A stretch of 64,000 nt of DNA from Octopus bimaculoides (Eukaryota). The notes under the pieces were generated by a model. That model did no database searches, was not told where the DNA came from, and saw only the letters and a list, made by a program, of their open reading frames with translations. Positions 22,791 through 36,207 of the stretch are shown in pieces. A program made the translations under genes and the position numbers. The stretch's first letter is position 1. Every line of letters starts with the position of its first letter. Where the stretch lies: assembly GCF_001194135.2 (NCBI RefSeq), contig NC_069003.1, positions 27,939,019 through 28,003,018 of the forward strand, in the 5' to 3' direction.

Positions 22791-24308
22791 CTGACTCTGA
22801 AGTCAACTGTAGTCTAATTAGATTTGAGAACAGTAAGTTATTGATTTAAATACTTTTGTTATCTATCTGAAACATGTCTCTTACTGTCAGATTCTGAAAA
22901 TACATCTATTGTACTTTTTCTTTTATCAAAATAATAATGAATATCAATAAATTCAGGTTCATCTTTTGTACTAGTTTTTGTATAGAGCAACAATTAAAAC
23001 TATGTACCAATTATCATTCTTATTAATATGTTAATACCCTTTTGTTTATCTTGCCATTAATTCATCATCATAAAATACTGAGATCTTACACAATTGCTAG
23101 TAACAGGCTTCATATATAAACTGCTTCATAAATATGGCGAATATTTGAATCACTCTTCAGCATCAGCTTTGTATTCATAGATATATTGTCATCTTTATTA
23201 TATAATAATAATAATGCATTGTCAGTCTTTTTAAATACTGTATTGTTCTATCTAATAATTGATTGCACTTAATGAACCTTCTAGTTCTTCTAGGACACTT
23301 CCAAGTGCCTGATACCAATGTAATACAATCTGCAATGCAGGAAGTAATATCTTGTACTCTGTTTATCTAATCTCTTAAACATTTACCCATGTTACATAAA
23401 CCTATGATTGTGTATCTTTATATCTCTTCTCTTCAGTGTTACTTTAACATCTTTTTTATTTTACTTCTATCTCTCTTGGAATAAAACCAGTATAGGACTT
23501 GAGCACTTAAAAGATTTTGGTGCCCCAATATACAAGATGGCCAAGAATGAACTATCTCAGGGAAATAAATAGTTTAAAAACTCACTTTTATATATGTTTA
23601 TCATGTTAAAAGTGTATAATCTTTTAATTCTGTTTATAATTTTATAATTTATAATTTTTTTTATTATGATCTTATTTTCATTATTGTTATATCCCACTTA
23701 TCTGTCCCCAACAGCTTCTTTTCGATTTGGCTGCAGTCATTTTCTCTAGCTCCATTCCCATGATGGAGCAATAGTTCAGCTGAACTTATGCTACACTTTT
23801 TTAGTAATTGTAGTTATCGATGTCTTACATAGGCTCAAAGATTCAAATTCCACGAAAATTTAACATAGGAGGCACTAATTCAAGCAAATTTGTACTCAGT
23901 CTAAGCAGCAATTGCGGGTATTCAAAATGTGTGTGAAGATCTTTAACAAACAGAAAATTAGGAGTTGAGATATGCTACAGATATAGGCATACATTATAGA
24001 AAGAAGTCCATCAATTATACATACGGCACACTGGATATAATTGAGAGATTTTGTTACCTAGGTAATTTGATTAATGTTGGAGATTGTTAAATCATCTAAG
24101 TAATCTAATTAATGCTAAGAGGAAATAGCTAGCGTAAGAAAGGGATTGAAGCTGTTAGATTTCTTAGCAACAAATGGTTTCTTCTTTCATGCAGCTTCCA
24201 AGGGCCAAAGCAAACAGTTGATTTCTTTTTTTTACAAGAAAATAGCAACAACACTGTACATACTTGGCAACTTTCACTGAAGCAAGTAAGATGTGAACAA
24301 ATATATGT

Positions 24309-24962
<654 letters not shown>

Positions 24963-24984
24963 TATATATATATAAAACACGTTC

Positions 24985-25300
24985 AGGCACATCGGTGTGG
25001 TAAGGAGTTTGCTTCCCAACCATATGGTTTTGTGTTTTGAGCGTCTACTACTGTAGCCCCAGGTTAAACAAAGCCTTGTGAGTGGATATGATAGATGGAA
25101 AATGAAATAACCCTGTTGTCACTCCTTCACAACTTGACAGCTGGTGTTGGTTTATTTTTTACATCCATGTAACCTTTTGATACAGTAAAAGAGGTCGATA
25201 GAATAAGCACCAGGCTTAAAGAAAAAAACAAGTACTAGTTGGAGTGAGCATTCATTCAAGATGTTGCCCCAGTATGGACACAATCTAAAAGCTGAAGAAG
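24985..25300 (+). mobile_element. Family A SINE, decayed
   Basis: ggtgtggtaaggagtttgcttcccaaccatatgg...cttgacagctggtgttggttt...gatagaataagcaccaggctt...ccccagtatgg. Confidence 0.7.
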
Positions 25301-25349
25301 ATAGAAGAAATATATATATATATATATATATAATGTAAATACAAACACA

Positions 25350-25520
25350 CACTTGTAACAGTCCTCTTTCAGTTACCATCTTCCAAATCGACCCTCATGG
25401 CTTTTAGTTGACCCAAAACCTTGGTAAGAAGACACTTGCCCAAGATGCAGTGCAGTGGGACTGAACCTGAAACCATGTGGCTGGGAAGTGAATTTTTTTA
25501 ACTACACAGCCATGCCTCTG
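25350..25520 (-). mobile_element. Family A SINE, 5' half
   Basis: ctctttcagttaccatc...gaagacacttgcccaagatgcagtgcagtgggactgaacctgaaaccatgtgg...ctacacagccatgcc. Confidence 0.8.
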
Positions 25521-25575
25521 CCTATCTCTTTCCATACTAATGACAAACTGTGTGAAGCTAATGTAAGCATTTGAG

Positions 25576-25900
25576 ATGCTACACAGCAATGAGGCATGGA
25601 CATTGATTAGGAAAGTTCTGCAGATGTTGGAAAGAGACCAGTTTAACACTAACCACAGATTCAACAGCTGCTCTGTGTTAAATATATCAGCTGATACATG
25701 CCTGAGAAATAATTATGATCGTTATGCTGCTGGTATGGAGATGTAAGTGGATATAATCAGTGCTGGATGGGAAAGAATGGTGTATAATGTGTACAAACAG
25801 TGAAAGACATAAAAATAGTGAAGACCTTTTAGGATATGGAACTATACAGATAGCATAGGAACAAGGTCAATGGAGATATGATGTATTGCAAACAGATCCA
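25576..25900 (+). mobile_element. Very decayed RTE LINE remnant
   Basis: MLHSNEAWTL (compare MLHGSETW), CWYGDV (compare RWYGHV) and RPFRIW (compare RPRKTW) occur in the expected order across frameshifts. Confidence 0.55.
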
Positions 25901-26214
25901 TATTTGAAATGCAATCATTGGAAAGAAAGAAAGAAAGAAAAAGAGAGGATTGTTAATAAGTATGGAATATGGATGTAAAATTATCAGAAAAATAAGGCAG
26001 TTGGTTGGTGTATATCTTACAAAGTAGAACTTCTAAAAACTTCTTGGATTTGTTGAAAGTTGGTTTCTGCCCTTGGGACATAAACTCTCATGTCCTGTGA
26101 ACATGACTGATCTCCTACCATTATATCAAAGCTGCCCTTTGAATTTTCTCTGTTCTTTCTAGAAGCTTTGTTCTTAACAGCAAGAATTGTATGTTTATCT
26201 TTTTCATTCTTGTT

Positions 26215-26550
26215 TTTTTATCCTTTTACTTGTTTCAGTTGTTAGACTTTGGCCATGCTGGGGCATCACCTTGAAGAATTTTTAGTTGAATGAATTGGCC
26301 CCAGTACTTATTTTTTTTTAAGCCTGGTATTTATTCTGTCAGTCTCTTTTGCCAAGCCACTAAGTTACAGGGACATAAACATACCCACAACAGTTGTCAA
26401 GCGGTGATGGGGAGCAAATACAAAGATACACACACACACACATACATGATGAGCTTCTTTCAGTGTCCATCTATCAAATTCACTCCTTAGCCTTTCGTTG
26501 GCTTGAGGCTATTGTAAAAGTCACTTGGCTAGGTACGACACAGTGGAATT
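26215..26550 (-). mobile_element. Family A SINE
   Basis: cttttacttgtttcagt...ggccatgctggggcatcaccttgaagaatt...gccactaagttacagggac...gagcttctttcagtgtcc. Confidence 0.85.
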
Positions 26551-26751
26551 TTTTTATTTTTTATTTCTAATAACTTCTAGAGATAGGAAATAAATTGTTT
26601 TATGATTTGTTCCCTGTGTTACACTTGTGAGGCATTATGTATATATATTTAATATGCAGAACATTTCTGTGAAGTACTTCCTTTCAGCTATATTGCTGAT
26701 ATTTATAACCTGTGTCACTACATATCTTCTAAGTCTTACCAAGTAGAATAT

Positions 26752-26794
26752 GCTTCACTGAAGAGGTCTAATAAGACTGAAACATGTCTGTTGC
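26752..26794 (+). ncRNA. Minimal type I hammerhead ribozyme motif (Penelope-like type)
   Basis: CUGAAGA (26758-64), stem II G-GUCU/AAUA/AGAC-U, GAAA (26779-82), palindromic stem III ACAUGU, GUC cleavage triplet (26786-88), stem I GCUUCA/UGUUGC with two U-U mismatches. Confidence 0.6.
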
Positions 26795-27985
26795 TTTTCC
26801 TAACTGGCTTTAGGGACAAAATCCACTCTTATCTGAATTGTCTTTATTGTTAACCAATTTTAATCAGCAGCTTTTATTAGAGTAATCTCCCTTGATCATT
26901 GACTTAACATTTTGAACATCTCTAGAGGGAGCTTTTTGTTTTCTAAACTGCATAATCTTCAAGATTTCCAACTCCCTATCTTACATATGTGAAACTGTAA
27001 CATGTGTATTTAGTTTGCAGAATGCTAGTCTAAAGTATTTTCTCTTAGCTATACTGTTGATATAATTTGTGTCTGTATCAAATCATTCATGTATTTCTCA
27101 AATCATCCAAACAAGAATTGGTTGGGGAATTTTGGATTATTATATGTGAGATGAGAAACAATTGCGAAAAATTTTTAAATGGTGTTAACACAATTTGCAG
27201 AAATTTTCTGATAGGATTTGTGACAAGAATGTTTGTTCTGCGATTTGCAGTAAATTGAATAATATGAAAATTGTTATAAATATATTAAATATTATATTTT
27301 GTTGTGTAAAGGAAATCAACAGACGGTCAGTATTAGAATATATAAATTCATGTGTAGTTTAAGGATTGTATAAACAAGGATCATAATTAGATCTTTTTAA
27401 TTAATGCATCTCAAAACATTAGCTCATGTAAATTCTGAAAGAAAATGATGAGAGATTGTATTGATTTAGGATTTTAACGATCGAAAAGCAGGACAATCAT
27501 CAGAAATCAATATCAGTCATTACTAAAATAATTAAGTTTTATAAATATGACTTGGTAGATTTAGATCCTATTTTGTTTTAATGAAATAACATGGTGCAAA
27601 TGTGGCTGTGTTGCTGGAAGTTCACATCCCAACTGCATGGTTTGGGGTTCAGTCCCATTGCGTGGAACCTTGGATAAGTGTCTCCTACTATAACCCTGAG
27701 CTGACCAAATCCTGGTTAGTGAATTTGGGAGACAGAAACTAATCTTTGAAGATGAGGGATTCCTTAAAATATGTGAAGGTATATTGGAAACACAAAATTC
27801 TGAGTAAGGAGTACTGAGCTGTAGAAGGTTGAGAATTACTGATGTATACTCTTAGTTGCAATTTCACTGATCATGAATCATGAATTCGTTGGTTATACTA
27901 AGTCTGTACTCTATCAACTTCAATGGTTTTTGAAGTTATGAAGTTAATCATCTTTTCACCATTTTTTTTTAAACACAGCATTATC

Positions 27986-28151
27986 TAACACTTTAAACTG
28001 GCTATGTCTGGCCCAAATATTCTACCTGTTTTATGTTCAAACCAGCCAGATCTAGCCTCTCAAAGTTACCAGATAATGCAGGAATAATTAAAAACAATGT
28101 GAATAAATTAGCATTATATTTGACAGAATAATCTGTATGCTTGAGGGTTAA
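27986..28151. mobile_element. TTAA-type (piggyBac-like) MITE, decayed
   Basis: Ends ...tgtatgcttgagggTTAA; its body ttatgttcaaacc(a)gccagatct...aaacaatgtgaataaa is shared with 36020-36207. Confidence 0.55.
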
Positions 28152-28273
28152 ATTGTAGTAGACTTGAACAGGTTTGACTGTTTTAAGGAATGGTCACACT
28201 AGGCAGAGTCACTGGGGTTCTGCCAGTCTGGAGGTCTCAATGATAAACTATGAAAACTGTGGTCGTGTATGTT

Positions 28274-28326
28274 GGGGCTCCAGTGCATTGCTTTGTCCAG
28301 GGACCTATAATGCTAAGATGCCCCTG
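28274..28326. mobile_element. Single terminus of a hAT-like MITE
   Basis: Reverse complement caggggcatcttagcattataggtccctggacaaagcaatgcactggagcccc resembles recalled CAGGGCCGTCTT...GGGCAAAGC ends. No partner end was found. Confidence 0.35.
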
Positions 28327-29235
28327 GACTTGGTTTTAACACCATCAACTAGCTCTTGAGTTCCTTTCAGCAGAATCCATTGTATTACAAGTAATCAGAC
28401 TAGCTCTCTGCTCTGAAGTTTCTTCCTGTCTTCCTGTGCCCCTGTCATGGAAGCCTTAGTAAATGCTTATGATTGTGGCCCTTCCTCCTGACATGAAGTC
28501 ATTAAAAACAACAAAACAACTTTTATGAGCAATAAACTTTATCTTCCTTCTAATAAACATTGTCCATAATCTTGATATTCAATGCAAGTTAAAAGCATAC
28601 AGTCAGAGACAGTTATATTTCAAGTCATTAAACCAGCAAACTATTGTACAGAATTTAGCTTTTATCCCATAAACAAACACAAAGAGAATAAGTGTTGAAA
28701 TTGAATCAGATTCAGGAAATAGTATTAAACCTACAGTTTTACTCATCATTCTGATAAAATGACAGAGATAATGGTAACACTCCAAAATAGTAACTTAAGC
28801 TTGGCACTCACATAATCTCACTGCCAACTTTTATATAGAAACTTTAGAGAAAACTTTCCACTCATTCTATTACTTCATTGATTATCTTGATTGTTTGACA
28901 TTCGATTTAGGAGATTCACCAAAGAACAGAGGATCAAGTTACACTTTGTTGCACATCATATTAGCTGATAGATGAAAGTTTGTAAATGTCATGAATATAG
29001 AATATTACATGTTGAGATTTTTCATAATCATCATGAAGTAAATGTCTGAAAGTTAATCAATACTCTTATTAATATTTTTCAACCATTTGCTGTATTTGTG
29101 TGTATTTTTAGGTTTCTTATTCTCAATTGCTCATTATCACTTGATTGTGGTTGAGAGGAAATATCATCAATAAATGTCTGTAAATACAAATGTTACAAGT
29201 TTCTAAGATTTAGAATCAAGCAATTTCTGTTTTTA

Positions 29236-29440
29236 TCGACCCTAAAAGGGTGGAAGGCAAAAGTTGACCTCAGCGTAATTTGAACTCAGAACATAAAGAC
29301 AGACTAAATGCCAATAAGTATTTCACCCAGCATGCTAACAATTCCACCAGCTCAGCACGTTAGAAAGGTTGACTTTGCTTTTCCTCTTTGTGGGGTCAAT
29401 AAAAAAGTACAAGTTGAGTACTGGGGTCAATGTAATTAAT
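29236..29440. mobile_element. Two Deu/Nin-like SINE pieces in opposite orientation
   Basis: Minus-strand head plus domain at 29236-29358, then plus-strand domain plus tail at about 29366-29440. Confidence 0.65.
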
Positions 29441-30654
29441 TACTACTCCTGGGTATGAGTATAATAGAAACAGAAAACCTGCATCCCTCTGCCAAGCCAT
29501 GTTGAACCAGTGTGACAGAGTAGACTCATCAAACCAGTATGATTTGGTGGAGGGAACATGCTGTGACCTTTGTCCTGTATTCGACTGAACATGGGCAATC
29601 CAGTCCAATTTCTTTTGTAGATATGGGCAATAAGTGTGGCCATGGTCAAGTGACTTGATCTAGTCTATTACCCAAGTTTTGTTAAGACTAGATGACTCTA
29701 TCATGATTTGAACTCAGAAACTTGTGGTACCAATGCATGTGATGTTTGAATCTGGCACTATTATTTCTTCCAGCACCATTGTGCTTGGTAATAATTGCAA
29801 AATAGACAAGTGTAAATTTATCATAATTTATAATACTTCTTATTTTAGTTCATGACATGTGTGTGCGTGGGTGTAGAAATACAGGTTATAGCCCACCTGT
29901 ATATATACACTAATGGAGTGAAATACTATTTATACATGATTTCTTACTGTCACTGGAGGACTACATTTCGACTCTGGGATTATTATAGAAATCTCATAAC
30001 TGGAAGAAGAATTAAGTAAATCCAAGCAAAAGTGGAAGTCCCAACTTGACTATAATCATATTAAAGGATTTACAATTCATTCTCAGAAGTTGCAGATTAG
30101 AGATTTTTGCCTGAAACTTTGGTGAAAAATCAATAGAAAATGAAAATTAAAAAAGTTTCTTTGTGAATTAATCCTTATCATCTTGCTTCATGTAGTTTTA
30201 TGCTGTCATAAATATTTAACTGTAAAACATGATGATATCTGTATGCATTGGAGGGAAAACTCAAACCAGAACTAAGCATAATTACATCAACCTAACACTG
30301 TATGAAAGTAATCATCACCTGGGCTACCAGCATAACCATCAGAACTATGAGAATAGATTTGAACTTAGATATGTGAAATAGCAGCCTTATTTATTAAACT
30401 CTAAATGCACATAGTGCTAGAATTATAATCAACTGAAAATGCTGCAGATTGATAAAACTTGAATGTAAAGATTTCGAAACAGCTGTATGTCTTATCTAAT
30501 AGCAATTTGTAAATTATTTTAAACTCTTACACAGCTTCTTATATCGTTTCCATGGCGTATAAATGGCTGAAATCTCAACATTCCCCCTGAATGGAACACT
30601 GGTATATTGACGAGTTCAAGGCTAGAAATTTTGAGAGGTGGGTACAAGTGTGTT

Positions 30655-30810
30655 ACATCAGCCCTGGTCGTTAACTGGTTCTTTATTTTATCAACCCCCA
30701 AAGGGATAACAGTCAAGGTTCACCTTGGTGAGATTTGAATTCAGAAAGTAAAGAGTAAGAACTCTATGCATTTTGTCTGATGAGCTATTGATTATGCCAG
30801 CTTGACACCT
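30655..30810 (-). mobile_element. Deu/Nin-like SINE, decayed
   Basis: actggttctttattttatcaacccc...ccttggtgagatttgaattcagaa...gattatgccagctt. Confidence 0.6.
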
Positions 30811-32144
30811 TCCAATATAGAATAGGAAATAGTAGATAATACACTTCATACATTATATTGATGTTTGTAACATTGTATTAACTTTTTAACGCAATAGTTG
30901 ACCCCACAAATTATTCTATTGTTCAGAAATTATTTATAAAGTTTTAATTTTCTTATCCATGTATCTGAATTGGACAAAAGAAAAAGAAAAAAAAAAAAGA
31001 ATTAAGCTATGTTATCTGTTAATTTTATTAATTGTCTTCTTCATTTGTTTGTTGTTGTAATCATAATGCTAAAAATATTTTCGATGAAACCTGAAAATAA
31101 TGTATAGCTGTGTTTTGTAATGTTTCACAAGTACAATACAAGCAATTAACCTACTGAATTATAACGAATCATTGCTGATTTAGATTCTTAGCTTAATGTA
31201 TCCTTTCTGAAAACTTGTAGCACTTCAATTAATCTTGTCTCATTAAATATTAATTATAACTTGGTGCTTCATTACTCTAAGTTATTGTATTTCTGAATTA
31301 GATTAAAGTAGTGTTTGAACAACTATTTATCTAATTTTTAAAAGAACTTTTTCATTCGGTTAATTCTTTATTTTTTTAAACAAATTCCCTTCCTTCATAT
31401 CAACCCATTTGACTCAGATACTCAAATACATGCTACAACTTACTTTCATTCATTATCTGTCTGTCTGTCTGTATCTCTCTCTCTCTCTCCACATAATACC
31501 TGATCTAAATGAAGGTGCACGGCTGAAAATCCTGAGTAGTGATGGGGGTGAATCATCAGTTGTTTTTAAGTAAATATATTCAAGATGATGCTGTGTCGTT
31601 AGAAGTTTGCTTCCTGACCACATAGTTCCAGGTTCAGTCCCACTGTGTGATACCTTGGGCAAGTGTCTTCTACTATATCCTCCAGCTGACCAAAGCCTTG
31701 TGAGGGGATTTGGTAGATGGTAACTGAAAGAAGCCGTGTATGTTATACCTTATTGAGGTTGATATAATTGATTTAAAATCTCCTGAAAGCAGTGCTCCAG
31801 CATGGTTGCAGTCAAGTGACTGGAATGAGTCCAAAGAATATTCAAATAAGCTGTGACATATCATTAATAAAGGTATATTTATATATTTCTCAATGCATCT
31901 ACATTTGCATCCTAAATGTAAATGAATACATCTTGCTGTTAAGAATTGAAAGAGAACAAAATAATTAACTAAAAGATAGCAAAAACAGTTCTTATTGAAA
32001 TGTCAAAAGCTTTGTTACAGATAAAATATCATTTTTTGCTTCTTTCAGTATAGAATTCTATTTTCTACTAATAGCTACATTTCTACCAGGTAAATTGTTA
32101 TATTCTTTATCAAACTATTATATTTATCTGAAATGTAACTGGCA

Positions 32145-32300
32145 CAGGCATAGCTGTGTGGTTAAGTTTGCTTCCCAACCACATGGTTTTGGGTTTAGTC
32201 CCACTGTGTGGCATCTTGAGCAAGTATTTTCTATTGTAGCCCTGGGCTAATGAAAGCCTTGTGAGTAGATCTGTTAAATGGAAACTGAAAAAATCTTGTG
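32145..32300 (+). mobile_element. Family A SINE, 5' half
   Basis: ggcacaggcatagctgtgtggttaagtttgcttcccaaccacatgg...gcaagtattttctattgtagcc...ggaaactgaaa. Confidence 0.8.
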
Positions 32301-32311
32301 TGTCTGTGTAT

Positions 32312-32871
32312 AAACGGTCTGATCAAAAAGTATCGGTACTGTTGCTATGGTAACAGAGCTAAAGTATGCAGTGAAGCCACTCGACACTGATTGACTTTGA
32401 ACTCTGTCGTGCATACTCATTAAATTATAACATTCTTGCTAACTTGTGTTGTTTACAGCAGTGCTTGGAAGTAAAGTGTGTAGAGTGTGGTAATCTCACC
32501 ATACCACAGAAGTTCCACATCACAAGAGAAAATATGTGCTTGTGTGTGTGTGTGTGTGTGTGTGTAAGTGAATGCATGGAAGGAGATATTGGCTTGAAGG
32601 TTATTATGGCCAAGAATCTTTCCAAAAATAAAACCCCACTTGAAAGGAAAATGATTTCAAGACATCAAGGGCATCCAAGAGAATGCAACAAGGCAGCTGC
32701 TTGCTATCTCAAAAGTAGGAGTCCAAAGAATACATCTATCAATGGAAATGATGCTGGATGAAGTGTGTAGCTTCAGAAGGGGACTACTTCGCAGACAGTT
32801 TAAATACAGAATGGGTGTGTGTTGTAGTTTTCTTTTTTATAACACCAGTCCTGATGCTTTTCGATCAGACC
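32312..32871 (+). mobile_element. Internally deleted mariner transposon
   Basis: 26-bp inverted repeats ggtctgatcaaaaagtatcggtactg (32316-41) and 32846-71 match 22/26. The internal remnant reads FPKIKPHLKGK*FQDIKGIQENATRQLLAI...QWK*CWMKCVASEGDYF, a mariner transposase C-terminus. Confidence 0.88.
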
Positions 32872-32879
32872 AGAGCACT

Positions 32880-33140
32880 GCATCAAGTGCAAGTATCTGC
32901 TTTGGTTTGGTTTTTAGGTCTGGATACTCTTCTTAATGCTAACCACATTACAAAGTGTACTGGGTGCTTTTTATGTGGCACCAGTACCATTGAGGTCTCC
33001 AAGAGACTTACAAGACAAGATCCCTCAACTGAGGGAGGTGGCTTTATACCAAGTGATGAGAGGTTGATGTGTGATGCCTTGCTGCAGGGGAGACACATGG
33101 CTATCCTAGCTGAAAAAGTGAGAAGATGCAATGAAGTTGT
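32880..33140 (-). mobile_element. Family C SINE
   Basis: ctggatactcttcttaatgctaacc...tgggtgctttttatgtggcaccag...ccctcaactgaggg, shared with 39050-39380. Confidence 0.65.
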
Positions 33141-33818
33141 GTGTTGTCTACTTTGATCAAGCAGATTTATGATCAAAGACATTTCAACTGTGACCATCCC
33201 ATCTCTTTGAATGTAAAGGGCTACATTGTTCCCTTTTGTGGCATTTTGGTTGTGCTTTTAGGCAGACCAAGCTACCAAATTGCATACCCCTCTTGTTCTA
33301 GGATATGTTACTGTAAATAAACAGGCTGGCAAGAGAAACACATTACTTTGAACAAGAAATTTAGTACCTTGGATTAAGTAAATAAATATCAGAGTTAATA
33401 GGCATAAGGGATGATTTGCTGCTAGGTGGAATTAAATGTCATGGCCACTGACACAGTGAGGTGACAGTCAACTCTTTTACTCTTCTTACAGCTTACCAGC
33501 TTTAAAATGTCACTATGATTTATATATTATATACAAATATTTCAAATCAATAAAGTATCAATCATTAGTAGAGACACATCAGGTTGAATTGATTCTGTCA
33601 AAATTATGACCAAAAGGTGAATTGGCCATATGCTATCAATATTGACACTACAAGTCTTATAGCTATACAACTACCTTAACCTTTTCATTATTATATTGCT
33701 AGAAAGTATTGACTATCAATGTTACTTCATCGACTAACTTGGTAGAAATTTTAGAATATAGTTTAGATATTTTTATCACCACTTTTTACTCCAGATATAA
33801 AAACATTTCTTTGTAAAA

Positions 33819-34095
33819 TGTCTAAGAGAAACATACATAACAGCTTTCCTGATAGAAATGTAACAGTTGTCTGATGGAAACAGCAGTTTGTTTGACAAAA
33901 AGTAATAGCTGTTTAACAGAAACATGATGGTTTGTCTGATAGGAATGTAACAGATTCTCTGACAGAAACACAAGTTGTCTGATAGGAACAGAACAGTTGT
34001 TTGACAGAAACATGACAGCTTGTCTGATAAAAATGCAACAGTTGCCTGACTGAAACATAACAGTTTGTCTAATTGGAATGTAACAGTTGTTTGAC
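33819..34095. repeat. Minisatellite, about 12-13 units of 20-23 bp alternating between two variants
   Basis: Units such as tgtttgacagaaacatgacagct and tgtctgataggaatgtaacagt alternate. Confidence 0.85.
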
Positions 34096-34404
34096 GGCAG
34101 GAAATTAGTTGCCAACCCAATATTTTTTATTTTTTTATAGTAGATCAAACAACCATGTAGTCTTTCTCTAACAACTCCCTTGTTTTTCTGTTATGAGTGT
34201 TTTCTGTTCCCAACTACTTCCATCCCCATCCTAATATATAAAGCCTAGTCCCATCACTTGTCTATAGCAACATTATATTTATCCTACATACAAATCTGTC
34301 ATCAATGATCACTGCCTTCATCTTTTGTCTATTAAACATTTAAAAAAAATATTATTTTAGAATGTCAAATATTACACATACACACACACACACACCTCTT
34401 TTAT

Positions 34405-34760
34405 ATTTTACTTGTTTCTGTCATTGGATTGTGGTCATGCTGGGGCACCACCTTAAAGAGTTTTCGTCAGATGAATTAACCCCCTATATTTATTTTTTTT
34501 AAAGCTTTGTGCTTACTCTCTCTGTTTCTTTTGCTGAACTGCTAAGTTATGGATGTAAACAAACCAGCATTTGTTGTCAAATGGTGGCGGTTGAACAAGC
34601 ATGAATACACATACACACACACGCACACACATGACAGGCTTCTTTCAGTTTCCACCTACCAAATCCTGAGGCTTTGGTAAATGATACTTGCCCAAAATTG
34701 AACCTAAGACTTTATAATCACAAAACAAACTGCTTAACCATTTAACCATGCTGTGTTCAT
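34405..34760 (-). mobile_element. Family A SINE
   Basis: ttttacttgtttctgtcattggattgtggtcatgctggggcaccacc...gctgaactgctaagttat...ggcttctttcagtttccacctaccaaat. Confidence 0.8.
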
Positions 34761-35865
34761 ATGAACACACATGCACGCACACATGCCAGATGAAAAAGCA
34801 TCTGCCTCTTGTAATCCTTCAAATTTCTAGTGTCTTCTAGAAGTGAATATCCTCTTTAGAAACAGTAATTTTTATTTAGAAATGTCTCTCTCTGTTTCTT
34901 CTGTTTGACTATCCAAACTAAATTGCTATAGAACTGGAAAGGACAAAGAAAGAAACTGTAGAGCCTTATTCTCTAACAAAAGACTGAACTGAAAGAACCA
35001 ATGTGTTTAAATTGGTGGATTTTCATGAATAATAGTGAACAGTGGGAGCGAAAAATGTATTTTAATAAAAGGAAACAACTGAAATGTTATAGAAATATAT
35101 GTATGGACTTTGATCAATCTCAGTACTTCTGTGTGTGTGTGTGTGTATCTGGCTATGAAATCAATTGAAAATAATATCATTCATGTAATCCATACATTAA
35201 GGCTTCCTTCACAATGTATTGAGATTAAAATGAATTCTTAATAGTTTACGTTCCAATTAAAGAAGGAAAGGAAAATATAATGAACTGAATACCTGAAACT
35301 ACCAGCTGCTTTCTCTTTTTTTTATTTTCTTAAGAAAACTCAATCAATTTTAGTTTCTTGGAGAATTCATTCCTATTAATGTCACTTCATTTCTCCAGAA
35401 CATTACAATTATTCTCTCAACAATAAATAATGCAATTATCAGTGCATATTTGAATTGAAGACAGCAGATACAATATATTTTGTCTTCTGGAAGACAAGGA
35501 TTTGTCATTGCAATAGCAGATGAGGAATTATACGAATAAGTATCAATGTTATATATCAAACCACATACTGCAGGGAATCAACAAATCTCAAATCCTATTC
35601 AGATATAATTTTGTTATGAAAACTAATATCATTTTACCGTTTATCTTTTACTTGTTTCAGTCATTAGACTGCAGCCATGCTGGAGCACTGGCTTGAAAAA
35701 TTCTTAGTCAACCCCAGTACTTATCTGTTTTTTAAGCTTGGTACTTATTCTGTTGATCTCTTTGGCTGAACTGTTAAGTTATGGGGAACGCAAACACACC
35801 AGTGCTGGTTGCCAAATGGTGGTGGGGGACAGACACAGATATCTATCTATCTATATATATATATA

Positions 35866-35920
<55 letters not shown>

Positions 35921-36019
35921 CCACACCCACACACAGGTGTGTTGATGCAAACAGGAAAAAGAGAACTCAAAATATGAGTACATGNNNNNNNNNNTATATA
36001 TATATATATGATAGTCTTT

Positions 36020-36207
36020 TCAATTTCATACTATGTTCAAACTAGCCAGATCTGGTCCCCCCCCCCACACCTACCTTACAATGTCATTCTAAAAATAAAC
36101 AATCATGTCATCGAAATTTCGAAGCTATGGGACAATGTATGACTCATTTAAAAACACTGAATAAATAGGCATTGCATATGACAGAGTAAAATGAATGCTC
36201 AAGGGCT
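36020..36207. mobile_element. TTAA-type MITE, same family as 27986-28151, partial
   Basis: ctatgttcaaactagccagatctgg...cacacctaccttacaatgtcattctaaaaat...gaataaataggcatt...gaatgctcaaggg. Confidence 0.55.

Noticed and set aside
23240-23350. Plus-strand candidate exon GHFQVPDTNVIQSAMQE
   Set aside because: The antisense reading QALGSVLEELEGSLSAI resembles the C-terminus of R4/Dong-type LINEs, so a decayed retroelement is as likely; neither call is firm.
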